The position numbers and the translations under genes are program-made. This document shows, piece after piece, positions 56,177 to 64,000 of a DNA stretch of 64,000 nt. Location: the NCBI GenBank assembly GCA_047601445.1, contig JASGJH010000001.1, positions 4,896,001-4,960,000 on the forward strand, in the 5' to 3' direction. The DNA comes from Myxococcales bacterium (GTDB taxonomy: Bacteria > Myxococcota_A > Polyangia > Polyangiales > DASUME01). The notes under the pieces were generated by a model that saw nothing but the letters and a program-made list of their open reading frames with translations, did not search any database and was not told the DNA's origin. Position 1 is the first letter of the stretch. Each line of letters opens with the position of its first letter.

Positions 56177-57211
56177 TCAGTACGAGAGCCAGGTCAGCTC
56201 GAGTTGGTCGGGGTGTGCGCCCGCCGCCGTCGCCACGTGGTAGCGGGGCCCCGTGCAACCGTGCCGTGCCAGCTGCTCGCGCAGCGCCGCGCCGCGTGAC
56301 TCCGCCAGCGCGGGAGGCTGCGAAGGCAGCGCGACTTGCACGGGCCCGCGGGGGTGAGCCTGGGCCAGCGAGCACAAGTGGGACAGAACGTGCTGGGAAG
56401 CGGGCGAGAGGCGGCCGCCCGCAAAGGCATGGTCGATCGACACGCCGAGTCCGCGCTCGTTGCGCGTGAGCGCCGCGCCGCTCTGCGTGAGCGCCTCGCT
56501 GAGCGAGGCCCGCTCGAGTTCGCTTGGTGCCGCCTCGCCCGTACGCAGCGCCCCGAGCGACGCAAGCCCGTCGAACAGGGCCGCGTCGGCCAGCGCCAGA
56601 GCGTCGTCGGGTTGCTTGGCGAGCGAGGCCTGCGCCCGCTCGAGCTTGGCCTGGACAGGGGCCAGCTGCGCGCCCGGCAAGCCGTAGCTTTGGAGCGCCA
56701 TCCACACCAACTGGGCCCGCATGATCAGGGAATTCGCAGCGGCTTCAATTTCCGGGCGCGCGAGCTTGACCCGCTGCTGGGGCAACAAGGCCGCCCGCGC
56801 CAGCGCGAGCTCCTCTTCGCGACGCACGATCTCCCCCGCCGCCGCGCGCTGCGCCTGCACGGCCAGCTCCTCGCGCGCGCGCTCCTCTGCCAATGCGCGT
56901 GCTTCGAGCTCCGCGGTCTCGCGCTCCACCTTCAGACGCGCCAGCGACAGCTGCTTGCGCTCGCCCTCGGCGATGGCGGCCTCCAACCAGGCGCGCGCCT
57001 CCGTCTCGTAGTCGGCGTGCGCGACGCTCTCGGACTTGACCTCACCGGCAAGTTGCTGGGCGCTCTCGTAGCGCTGGTAGAGCTCGGGGGCGGCCTCCGC
57101 GGCGTCACGATGCTTCGCGCGCGCGAGCTGCAGTTGCTGCAGTTGCTGCGCCTCCGAAAGGCCACCCGCGCAGGCCGCGAGCCCCACGCCAACGAGCGCC
57201 CAGGCTCTCAT
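56177..57211 (-). CDS. Hypothetical coiled-coil lipoprotein with possible degenerate OmpA-like C-terminal domain
   Basis: Lipobox LAAC and an Ala/Glu/Arg-rich coiled coil. C-terminal RNERGLGVSI...LAQAHPRGPVQV...SRGAALREQL. In the operon-like run. Confidence 0.6.
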   Translation of the reverse strand: MRAWALVGVGLAACAGGLSEAQQLQQLQLARAKHRDAAEAAPELYQRYESAQQLAGEVKSESVAHADYETEARAWLEAAIAEGERKQLSLARLKVERETAELEARALAEERAREELAVQAQRAAAGEIVRREEELALARAALLPQQRVKLARPEIEAAANSLIMRAQLVWMALQSYGLPGAQLAPVQAKLERAQASLAKQPDDALALADAALFDGLASLGALRTGEAAPSELERASLSEALTQSGAALTRNERGLGVSIDHAFAGGRLSPASQHVLSHLCSLAQAHPRGPVQVALPSQPPALAESRGAALREQLARHGCTGPRYHVATAAGAHPDQLELTWLSY

Positions 57212-57735
57212 GGGTTGGGACCTACAGCGGCCGGAGCCACCGGAGTCGTCAAGGTGCGCAGCCGCTCGGCCTCCGCCGCCCGCGCGGCCTGTGCGCTCTG
57301 CAGACGTGTCCGGGCGGCCTCCCGCCGCGCCTCGGCCGCACGCATGAGCTCCCGCTCCAGCATCAGCGAGTAGCGGCGCTCGGCCAGGGCCAGCCCCGCG
57401 CGCGCCAGCCCCTCGGTACGCTGCGCACCAGACATATCCCGACGTGCCCAGGCCTGACGCATGGCATCTAGCGCCAGCTTCACCCCGCTCAGCGGTCCGC
57501 GGACCTCCGGCGGCAAGTTGCCTCGCTCCTCGAGCGCTGCCGCGCGCCGGGTGAGCTCGGCGATGGTGCGCGAGGTGTCGTCATCGAGGAGCTCTGGTGC
57601 TGCGGCCGACGCGCTGTCCTCCTCGACCTCGGCCTCCCCTTCCTGCCCGAAAGCGCGCGCGCCTCCCGACAGCAGCACCAGCACGACCAAGCTGCCAGCC
57701 AGGCCCCGTGTCGCCGTGTTTGCCCCCCTGCGCAT
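57208..57735 (-). CDS. Hypothetical exported helical protein
   Basis: Signal-like hydrophobic N-terminus and ATGA overlap with the next gene. Confidence 0.6.
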   Translation of the reverse strand: MRRGANTATRGLAGSLVVLVLLSGGARAFGQEGEAEVEEDSASAAAPELLDDDTSRTIAELTRRAAALEERGNLPPEVRGPLSGVKLALDAMRQAWARRDMSGAQRTEGLARAGLALAERRYSLMLERELMRAAEARREAARTRLQSAQAARAAEAERLRTLTTPVAPAAVGPNP

Positions 57736-57776
57736 GGCCCCGAGTGTACCCGACCCTGGCCCGCGTCAACCCGGGA

Positions 57777-58364
57777 CTACTCCGCGCGTGCCTGATCCTC
57801 GGCCACCGCCTTGGCGGCTTCCTTCGCGGAAAGCGGAGGCGCCCCCAAAAAGGTGCGCTCCTCCAGCGTGAGGCTCACCCCGCGCCCCTGATCGACGAGC
57901 GCGACCTGGACGTCGAAGCGCATCGCGTTGGCCTCCGCCGACAGCGGCATCACCGAGCGATAGATGGCCCCTTCCCCGAGCTCGTCCACCTGCCCTGTGA
58001 GCATGCGCGCGGCCAGGTAGTCCCGCAGCTGCGTCATGCTGACCTGGTGCGACACGAACGCGTGGTGTTGGGGCCGGGAGGCCGCGTTCTCGAAGCCGGC
58101 GGGGATCTCGAACCAGGCGATGCGTAGGCCGCTGGGCTTCAGGCGCCCCTCCGCATCGATGGGGCTCTCCGCGCGCACCGCGGCGCTGGTGACCGACGCT
58201 GCTTTGGGCGCGCTCGAGGGCTCCTCGCGAGGACCCGCCGCTGGTCCACTACACGCGGCCAGCCCCCACGAGACCACGAGCGCCATCGATGCGGCCCCGC
58301 AACTCGGCCCGGAGCCGGTCCGCAGCCCTCGCGGCCGCGACCCGCGCCAACCCTCGCGTCTCAT
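57777..58364 (-). CDS. Hypothetical lipoprotein
   Basis: ATG 58364 overlaps the pilY1 stop (ATGA). Lipobox LAAC. Alternative start 58286. Confidence 0.6.
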   Translation of the reverse strand: MRREGWRGSRPRGLRTGSGPSCGAASMALVVSWGLAACSGPAAGPREEPSSAPKAASVTSAAVRAESPIDAEGRLKPSGLRIAWFEIPAGFENAASRPQHHAFVSHQVSMTQLRDYLAARMLTGQVDELGEGAIYRSVMPLSAEANAMRFDVQVALVDQGRGVSLTLEERTFLGAPPLSAKEAAKAVAEDQARAE

Positions 58365-61300
58365 TCGAGCGACCCACCCCAACCGACGAAGCGTGCTTCG
58401 GCCGGGATCGAGAGCGACTGTGTGTACTGATTGAGCAGCGAGTTGTCGGCGCGCGTGCCGCCCTTGCCGGAGATCATGGCGCGGATCTGGTACTGACCGC
58501 CCGTGATCTGGGAGTCGGCCGCGGCGGACTTCTTGATGGCGAACGGAGAGTACTGATTGTCCGAGAGCCCCGCCACGCATACCGGATCACTCGCGACCGA
58601 CACGCCGAGGATCAAGCTGTCGTCGAAGTCCTTGTTGATGTAGCTGACGTAGATCGGCTTGTGATCGGCGTCCTCGCCGTTGACGAACATCGGCTCGGGC
58701 CCGCTCGAAGGGACATTCTTGCCCTCGGGGGTCTTCGTCTTGGTGTCCATGTAGTGGATGCCCCACAGGCGACTGAAGCCGAAGTCGCAGGCATTGCCGG
58801 TCTGCGGACTCACGAAGCTGCCGAAGTAGAGCACCTTGTTGAACAGCGACAGCGGACCCGTGACCGACTCACCGGGCTCGAGCTGGACGTCCCAGTTGGC
58901 ATCGACCGTGCCCTTGAAGATCTGCCCATTCGAAGTGTCGAGCTCACGTGTCTCGAGCAGCGACACCAGACGCTGACGAACGGGGTCGGCGGCGTTGGGC
59001 TTCTCCACCAGGTTATCGATGTCGCCGGTGCCCACCATGATCACGTAGTGACCGCTGGCGTCGCGGCTCAACAGCGGAGGATGAATGGAGGGACGGCCCT
59101 TGTCGTAGCCAGTGAGCGTGTTGAGCGGATCGTGGAACAGATCCCAGAGCGGCTCCACGAGCCACTTGCTCGGGTTGGGATCGGCCATCGAGAGGCGCCA
59201 CAGCACGCCGTCCTGGTCGGTGAAATAGGCAGCGCGGGACACGTCGAGGCCGTCGCCGTCCACCGCCACGGAGCCCGTGAGCGGAGACGGGAAGTGTTGG
59301 GCGTCGAACTCCTGGATCAGCTGACCCGTGGCAACATCCACGATGTAGAGGCCGCGTCCGCGCTGCTCCCAGCAGCGCACCTTGGCGCGCTTGCCCGCCG
59401 GGAACTTGGCGAGGGTCTTGTCGGCCACCAGCGTGGTGGTGGTACAGGTACCGGACGAAGGCTGATGTCCCTGACCGCCCGGCAAGATGGCGATGGCGCG
59501 CTCGCGCGCGGTGCTCTCGTTGTCCCACAGGATGCGGGCCTGGGCGAGCGCGGGAGTCGCCACGGTGAGTCCCATCGCGGCTGACGAGAACTGCCACAGG
59601 AACTTCGGCGGCTTGTCGGCTTCCGTGATGTCGAGCGCGACGTAGGCGGGCGCCCCGCGCAACGCGGAGACCAACACCGTGGCGTAGGTCCCCTGGCGGG
59701 TCGTGGCATCGCGCGAGAGCAGCATGTTGCGGACCTGCGGGGTGCCGTCGAACATCTCCTGGTGCGTGGGCGCGGCGGCCGAGGCGAGCTTGCCGAACAG
59801 GGCCGGCGGCACGAAGCCCCAGAACTCCACGCCAGCCTTGACCTCGGTGTTGCTCCTATCCTTCCAGGTGTCGAGGTTGAAGGCGTGCAACACGCCGTCG
59901 TTGGTGCCCACGAACACCACACCCGGACGGCCGTCTGCGCCGTACTTGTCGAGGCCCGTGGGTGCCGGCAGCGAGAGCTTGCGCAGGTAGTTGTTGAGCT
60001 GCTCGTCGCTGGTGTTGATGAAGCGGCTGTTCGAGACGAGCGGCGGCAAGGCCACGGGGTTCGAGTGATAGATGTCGGCCAAGGCGGGCTTGCGCTCGGT
60101 GGGATCGGCGCGCACGTAGCGCACGATCTTGTCGCGGTCGCTGCCCTCGCCGGACACGCCGTTCCCATCGGCGTCACCGAACAAGGAGCTCGCGAGGCTG
60201 TCCTTGTCGAAGTTCACGTCGGTGTAGTCGTAGGCGACCTCGGCCTGATTCGTGTTGATCGAGACGTCGTAGGCCGGGCGATTCGTATCGAAGGTGCCCG
60301 AGGACGCTCGCACGTTGTAGACGTTCGTGGCGTTCTCGTTGGACTTGGTGCGGTAGCGCGTGGACAGCTCCCCGAAGCGGCCACCCAGGATGGTGGCGCG
60401 CGCAGCCGTGGCCGACTTGGGCACCACCGTGGTGATAGTGCGGCCGTTCGACGTCTTACTCTGCTCGTCCAGCTTAAGGTGGAAGAAGTCACCGTCTGCC
60501 TCGGAGAGGTCCAACGGCTCCGGCGCCAGCGGCGCGCCCACGCAGCCGAAGCGTTGGCGATACAAGAGGCCCTCCCAGGGGTCGTTCTCGTCGTCGCCGA
60601 TGCGGAAGCCGGCCGTGATCTCGTACTGCTGCGCGCCCGCGTACGGAGGCAGGCCGTTGTCGACGACCTGCGGCGTGGAGCGCGTGGCCGCGTCATGCGA
60701 CACGTTGCCGAGGATGCTGCTGAGCTTCTTGCGCAGTTCGGCCGGCGTGGACGCGGGGATGGAGGGGCGCTCGCCGCCCTTCTGGGCGATCTCGTCGAGG
60801 ATGGCCTTGGCGTTCTCGTCCACGTCGAAGGCCACCACCAAGAGCTCCTTGAGCAGCTTGCTGGTCTTCAGCTCGGCGGCCAGCTCGGACTCGGTGGGAT
60901 AGGGGCAGGAGCACTTGTGGTCGCTGCAGTTGTCGAGGTCGCCCGTACTCAGACAGGCGCAGTCGGCGTCGTTGGTGGTCTGGCACTGAAAGCGATTGTC
61001 GCGGAACAGGGCATCGGGCGCGCCGTCGGTGATCAAGATGGCGTAGCGCTCACGGCATTCCGCGAAGACGTCGTTGCCGCCGCTCTTCACCGAGTCGTCG
61101 TTCGTCAGGTAGTACTTGAGGTCGTCGAGCATGGCGGCGATGGGGGTGCCGCCGAAGGGGCGCACCGCGAGCAGCGAGCTCTGCACGTCCTGATTCACTT
61201 TGACGATGTCGTCGCCGTCCTCGGCCACCGCGATCAGCGCGCCCTCGTGGTCGCCGGGTCCGCGAGCTCCCGCGTTCACGCCGTAGGCTTCGCAGTGCGG

Positions 61301-61906
61301 GAACGCCAGGCGTCCGGTGCGGCCGTAGGAGTAGATGCCGGGCGAGCTGGCCACAGCATCCATGAAGGGGATGTCCTTGCTAAAACGGTCGAAGGCCACC
61401 AGGGTCTCGCCGCCCAGCGTGGTGCCCACGCCGTCGAAGGTCATCAAGCCGAACTTGATGCGCTGCGAGAAGGCGTCCACTACGCCGTCCGAATCCTGAT
61501 TCTGCAGGGTCACGAAGTCGCTGGCGGCGGTGGTGAAGTTGTAGTGCGGGATGTAGTAGCCGGAGTCGTACTTCTTGGCGTACTTGTTCTCGCTGCGCAG
61601 CTCCTTGCGACAGGTGAAGTCCTGGAAGGTGCCGGTCAGCGCCTCGAGGGTCACCGCCCAGCGATTCTTCTGCGTCGTGTCCTTGGTCGTGTCGCCCGTG
61701 CACTTGGGAAAGTCGTCGTCGGTGGTCGCCGTGGCCGGCCCGGGCATGCGCTCCATGGAGCCCGAGGTATCGACCAGCAGCATCACCACCGGCTTGGGCC
61801 GCCGCACGTCGATGGCCGCTCCCGATTGGGCGGATGCAACGCCGGCCGCGCTCAAGGCGGCGAATGCGGATACGGCGACGCTTCGTTGGAACCAACGCAT
61901 GACCAC
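58361..61906 (-). CDS. pilY1: Type IV pilus tip adhesin PilY1-like (vWA + beta-propeller)
   Basis: Signal peptide, MIDAS DTSGS...GGTP...ITDG, and PilC-type motifs LADIYHSNP, VFVGTNDGVLHAF, EFWGFVP, DGTP, ALDIT and MVGTGD. Follows the minor pilins. Confidence 0.88.
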   Translation of the reverse strand: MVMRWFQRSVAVSAFAALSAAGVASAQSGAAIDVRRPKPVVMLLVDTSGSMERMPGPATATTDDDFPKCTGDTTKDTTQKNRWAVTLEALTGTFQDFTCRKELRSENKYAKKYDSGYYIPHYNFTTAASDFVTLQNQDSDGVVDAFSQRIKFGLMTFDGVGTTLGGETLVAFDRFSKDIPFMDAVASSPGIYSYGRTGRLAFPHCEAYGVNAGARGPGDHEGALIAVAEDGDDIVKVNQDVQSSLLAVRPFGGTPIAAMLDDLKYYLTNDDSVKSGGNDVFAECRERYAILITDGAPDALFRDNRFQCQTTNDADCACLSTGDLDNCSDHKCSCPYPTESELAAELKTSKLLKELLVVAFDVDENAKAILDEIAQKGGERPSIPASTPAELRKKLSSILGNVSHDAATRSTPQVVDNGLPPYAGAQQYEITAGFRIGDDENDPWEGLLYRQRFGCVGAPLAPEPLDLSEADGDFFHLKLDEQSKTSNGRTITTVVPKSATAARATILGGRFGELSTRYRTKSNENATNVYNVRASSGTFDTNRPAYDVSINTNQAEVAYDYTDVNFDKDSLASSLFGDADGNGVSGEGSDRDKIVRYVRADPTERKPALADIYHSNPVALPPLVSNSRFINTSDEQLNNYLRKLSLPAPTGLDKYGADGRPGVVFVGTNDGVLHAFNLDTWKDRSNTEVKAGVEFWGFVPPALFGKLASAAAPTHQEMFDGTPQVRNMLLSRDATTRQGTYATVLVSALRGAPAYVALDITEADKPPKFLWQFSSAAMGLTVATPALAQARILWDNESTARERAIAILPGGQGHQPSSGTCTTTTLVADKTLAKFPAGKRAKVRCWEQRGRGLYIVDVATGQLIQEFDAQHFPSPLTGSVAVDGDGLDVSRAAYFTDQDGVLWRLSMADPNPSKWLVEPLWDLFHDPLNTLTGYDKGRPSIHPPLLSRDASGHYVIMVGTGDIDNLVEKPNAADPVRQRLVSLLETRELDTSNGQIFKGTVDANWDVQLEPGESVTGPLSLFNKVLYFGSFVSPQTGNACDFGFSRLWGIHYMDTKTKTPEGKNVPSSGPEPMFVNGEDADHKPIYVSYINKDFDDSLILGVSVASDPVCVAGLSDNQYSPFAIKKSAAADSQITGGQYQIRAMISGKGGTRADNSLLNQYTQSLSIPAEARFVGWGGSLE

Positions 61907-62617
61907 CTACCTCAGGTCGAAATATGCGCGCGAGATGCCGAGGCTCTCGTGCAGTTGACGCGCCTCACCGGTGCGCCCGGTGTCGCCCGGCAAGAGCAGG
62001 CGGGAATAGGCCGTGGCACAGACGCGGAAATTCCTCAGCCCACTCTGCATGCCGGCATTGACGCCCATGCCTTGCCCCGCGTCGGCGGGCATGTCGTAGC
62101 GTTCGAGCAGGGCGATGCCGTCGAACTCGAAGGGCGTCACGGTGCCGGAGTTGATCTCGGCGTCCTTGGGCAAGGTCGCCTTGCCGAGCGGGAAGCTGGC
62201 GCCGCCGAACTCGTTGCGGCCTACCTGCATCAAGGAGGTATCGCTCACGTACTCGGGCAAGTTGTAGCGCCGACGCAGGTTCTCGTTCGGGTCGCTCGTG
62301 GTGGCTGCAGCCATCCAGCGCGTGTCCGCGATGGACACGGTCCCTTTGCCGCCCACGAAGCGCTCCGCAAGGAAGGCTCCCACCACCACCAGGAACGACT
62401 CGCCCGAACGGCGCAGCCGGGACAGCTGACGCGTGCCACCCACGGAGCGCACCTCGAAGGTGCCGTTCTGGGCCGCAAACCCGGCCAGGCCCGACATCAT
62501 CATGACCACCACCAACACCAGGAGCAGCACGGCACCCTCCTGGCCTCGCGCCCGCGCGCGGCGACGAGCGCTGCGCGCGTGGGGCACTGAGGTCTGCGTT
62601 GACTTGGGCTGCCGCAT
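61907..62617 (-). CDS. pilX: PilX-like minor pilin
   Basis: Basic leader then QEG/AVLLLVLVVVMMM lacking Glu5. TGATG-coupled to the upstream pilin and immediately before pilY1. Confidence 0.72.
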   Translation of the reverse strand: MRQPKSTQTSVPHARSARRRARARGQEGAVLLLVLVVVMMMSGLAGFAAQNGTFEVRSVGGTRQLSRLRRSGESFLVVVGAFLAERFVGGKGTVSIADTRWMAAATTSDPNENLRRRYNLPEYVSDTSLMQVGRNEFGGASFPLGKATLPKDAEINSGTVTPFEFDGIALLERYDMPADAGQGMGVNAGMQSGLRNFRVCATAYSRLLLPGDTGRTGEARQLHESLGISRAYFDLR

Positions 62618-63792
62618 CACTCGACCCCCATATTGGGCAAGAAGAACTCCTGACGCAGCGTGCGCACACGGGCGTAGACCGTCTTGCCAGCAATCGACAC
62701 AGGAAAGACCAGCAGCGGGCCTGCGCGCGGCGGCGGATCGACGATGGTCGCGTCCACGTCCTCGGAGCGTCCCGACAGCGTGACGCGCAGTCCGCGTGGC
62801 ACGAGGTTCGCCGAACCGTAGGCGGCATGGGCGATGGGCGGCGTCTGGGTCGCCCAGCTGCTCGCCGTGAGCCCCGGCACGATGGGACTCACCTCGAACT
62901 CCACGGCGTAGTCGAGCACCACACGTGCAGAGCGCTCCAAGAAACTGCCATTCACGTAGTCGAACTCCCTGCGCACCAGGGCCGCCTTGGAGGCCGAGCC
63001 CGGACGCGCGGAGTTGGTGGCGATAATGCGCGCGAAGTCGGCGCCGGTCAGGACCTCGACGTTGTAGCGAACGAAGGACAATGGGGTGACCAGCGCGGTA
63101 GTGCGGTTGAAGCACGCATCGGTGACCGGTGCGTCGAGGGTAATCGAACCCGCGGCAGAGTCGGCCGCCGCCACCTGCCGAAAGAACTTGTGTTGATTGG
63201 AGTCGATGCGAACGATGCGGCCCACACGGAACACTTCGTTGAAGTGCGCCGCGTTGAAGTCGTTCAGGCCGCTCACGAAGCTGCGACGGAAGCTCTCGCG
63301 GTTGGCCTCGAAGAACAGCGTCGAGGACGTGCTGTCGGGCGTGATCTTGTACACGTCACCGTCGTCGTAGTTGCCGAACATGCGCAGACCGTCGACCCGC
63401 GTGTCGGGCAACAGGGTGCGCAGTGGCGTGGCGCTCGCGGGACTGAGCGTATGGCTCTCGTTGTAGGCCACGCTGGCTCCGCGCAGCACGGGCAACAGCG
63501 TGCCGTTCGCGAGCGCAGTCGGCTCCCCGAGGCAGTTCTGCTCCAGCGAAGCCTCGGGGGTCGAGAGGAAGCCGGCGCGGGTCACGTCCCTGCGCAGCTG
63601 GTCCATGGCTGAGCGCAGCGAGCTCTGAGTCGCCGTGGTGCGCATCTGGTTGTTGAAGCTCTTGGAGGAGGCGCTGCCCAGGTAGTAGGCCGCCGTCACG
63701 GTGATGCCGCCCGCGAGCACGGCGATCATGAGCTCCACCAGCGTGAAGCCACCGCGCTTGCTGCGAGTGCGCTCGGAAGCTCTCATTGCCAT
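62617..63792 (-). CDS. pilW: PilW-like minor pilin
   Basis: Class III signal RGG/FTLVELMIAV and AMDQLRRDVTRAGF. Confidence 0.82.
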   Translation of the reverse strand: MAMRASERTRSKRGGFTLVELMIAVLAGGITVTAAYYLGSASSKSFNNQMRTTATQSSLRSAMDQLRRDVTRAGFLSTPEASLEQNCLGEPTALANGTLLPVLRGASVAYNESHTLSPASATPLRTLLPDTRVDGLRMFGNYDDGDVYKITPDSTSSTLFFEANRESFRRSFVSGLNDFNAAHFNEVFRVGRIVRIDSNQHKFFRQVAAADSAAGSITLDAPVTDACFNRTTALVTPLSFVRYNVEVLTGADFARIIATNSARPGSASKAALVRREFDYVNGSFLERSARVVLDYAVEFEVSPIVPGLTASSWATQTPPIAHAAYGSANLVPRGLRVTLSGRSEDVDATIVDPPPRAGPLLVFPVSIAGKTVYARVRTLRQEFFLPNMGVE

Positions 63793-64000
63793 CGCACCAC
63801 GACCGAGTTGACGACCTTGAAGACCTGGTCCGACTCGAGCAGCCCCGGATTGGCGTTGCAGTTGGTGCCCCCGTTGAGGGTGAGTGCGCTGACGGCGGTG
63901 CCACCCGGGCGCGGGCGCCAGACCATCACGTCCACACGCAGGGCGTCTTCCACCAAGCCCCCCGACAGCGTGGACAAGTGGGCCACCTGGTAGCGGAGCA
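63783..64000 (-). CDS. C-terminal part of a probable PilV-like minor pilin (5' end outside window)
   Basis: Frame is open to the window edge (…LRYQVAHLSTL...LRVDVMVWRPR...C...VVRWQ*) and overlaps the pilW start. Assignment is by position only. Confidence 0.5.
   Translation of the reverse strand, partial: LRYQVAHLSTLSGGLVEDALRVDVMVWRPRPGGTAVSALTLNGGTNCNANPGLLESDQVFKVVNSVVVRWQ

Noticed and set aside
59762..62590. 942-aa plus-strand ORF
   Set aside because: Antisense shadow of pilY1/pilX. Long stop-free antisense frames are expected with strong GC3 bias, and it has no motifs.
62618..63115. Long N-terminal extension of the PilX-like ORF
   Set aside because: Off-frame overlap with pilW; the pilin leader starts at ATG 62617.
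1..64000. rRNA, tRNA, riboswitch, integrase or prophage genes
   Set aside because: None recognised by eye. Small structured RNAs in the intergenic gaps (2088-2521, 12658-12969, 15943-16453) cannot be excluded without an Infernal/Rfam scan.

Overview
A very GC-rich, gene-dense bacterial window whose gene content (Ser/Thr kinase-AAA fusion, Cys/Asp-rich lipoprotein repeat, minor pilin-pilY1 cluster) points to a myxobacterium; this assignment is inference. Left to right it contains: polyamine genes (carboxynorspermidine decarboxylase and dehydrogenase), a Tat-exported phospholipase C, an IS481-like end remnant, and a TetR/AraC-regulated block of three ferritin-like diiron proteins plus an FAD/[2Fe-2S] reductase. 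Two of those genes share an identical tandem 21-bp-period upstream motif. Next come a Com-like zinc-ribbon mini-gene before an incomplete MacAB-type exporter and a ~17 kb translationally coupled PUFA/Hgl-like iterative type I PKS cluster (ER-ER-KS-AT-ACP-KR; KS-AT-DH-degenerate PPTase; free ACP; alpha/beta hydrolase; GT1 glycosyltransferase; two SAM methyltransferases). The right half has an FMN reductase, a YhaO/YhaN (SbcDC-like) pair, a kinase-ATPase, a HAD-UbiA fusion, a GGDEF protein, a 103-bp structured tandem repeat, an acyltransferase, an active/inactive pair of DUF3857-transglutaminase proteins, DUF3025, three envelope hypotheticals and pilY1-pilX-pilW-pilV. Three single-base frameshifts (TetR, second diiron paralogue, PKS2) may be sequencing errors. 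I saw no rRNA, tRNA or CRISPR array. The best candidates for undescribed systems are the PKS/glycolipid cluster and the co-regulated diiron oxygenase-like block. All family calls come from reading motifs by eye, not from database searches.
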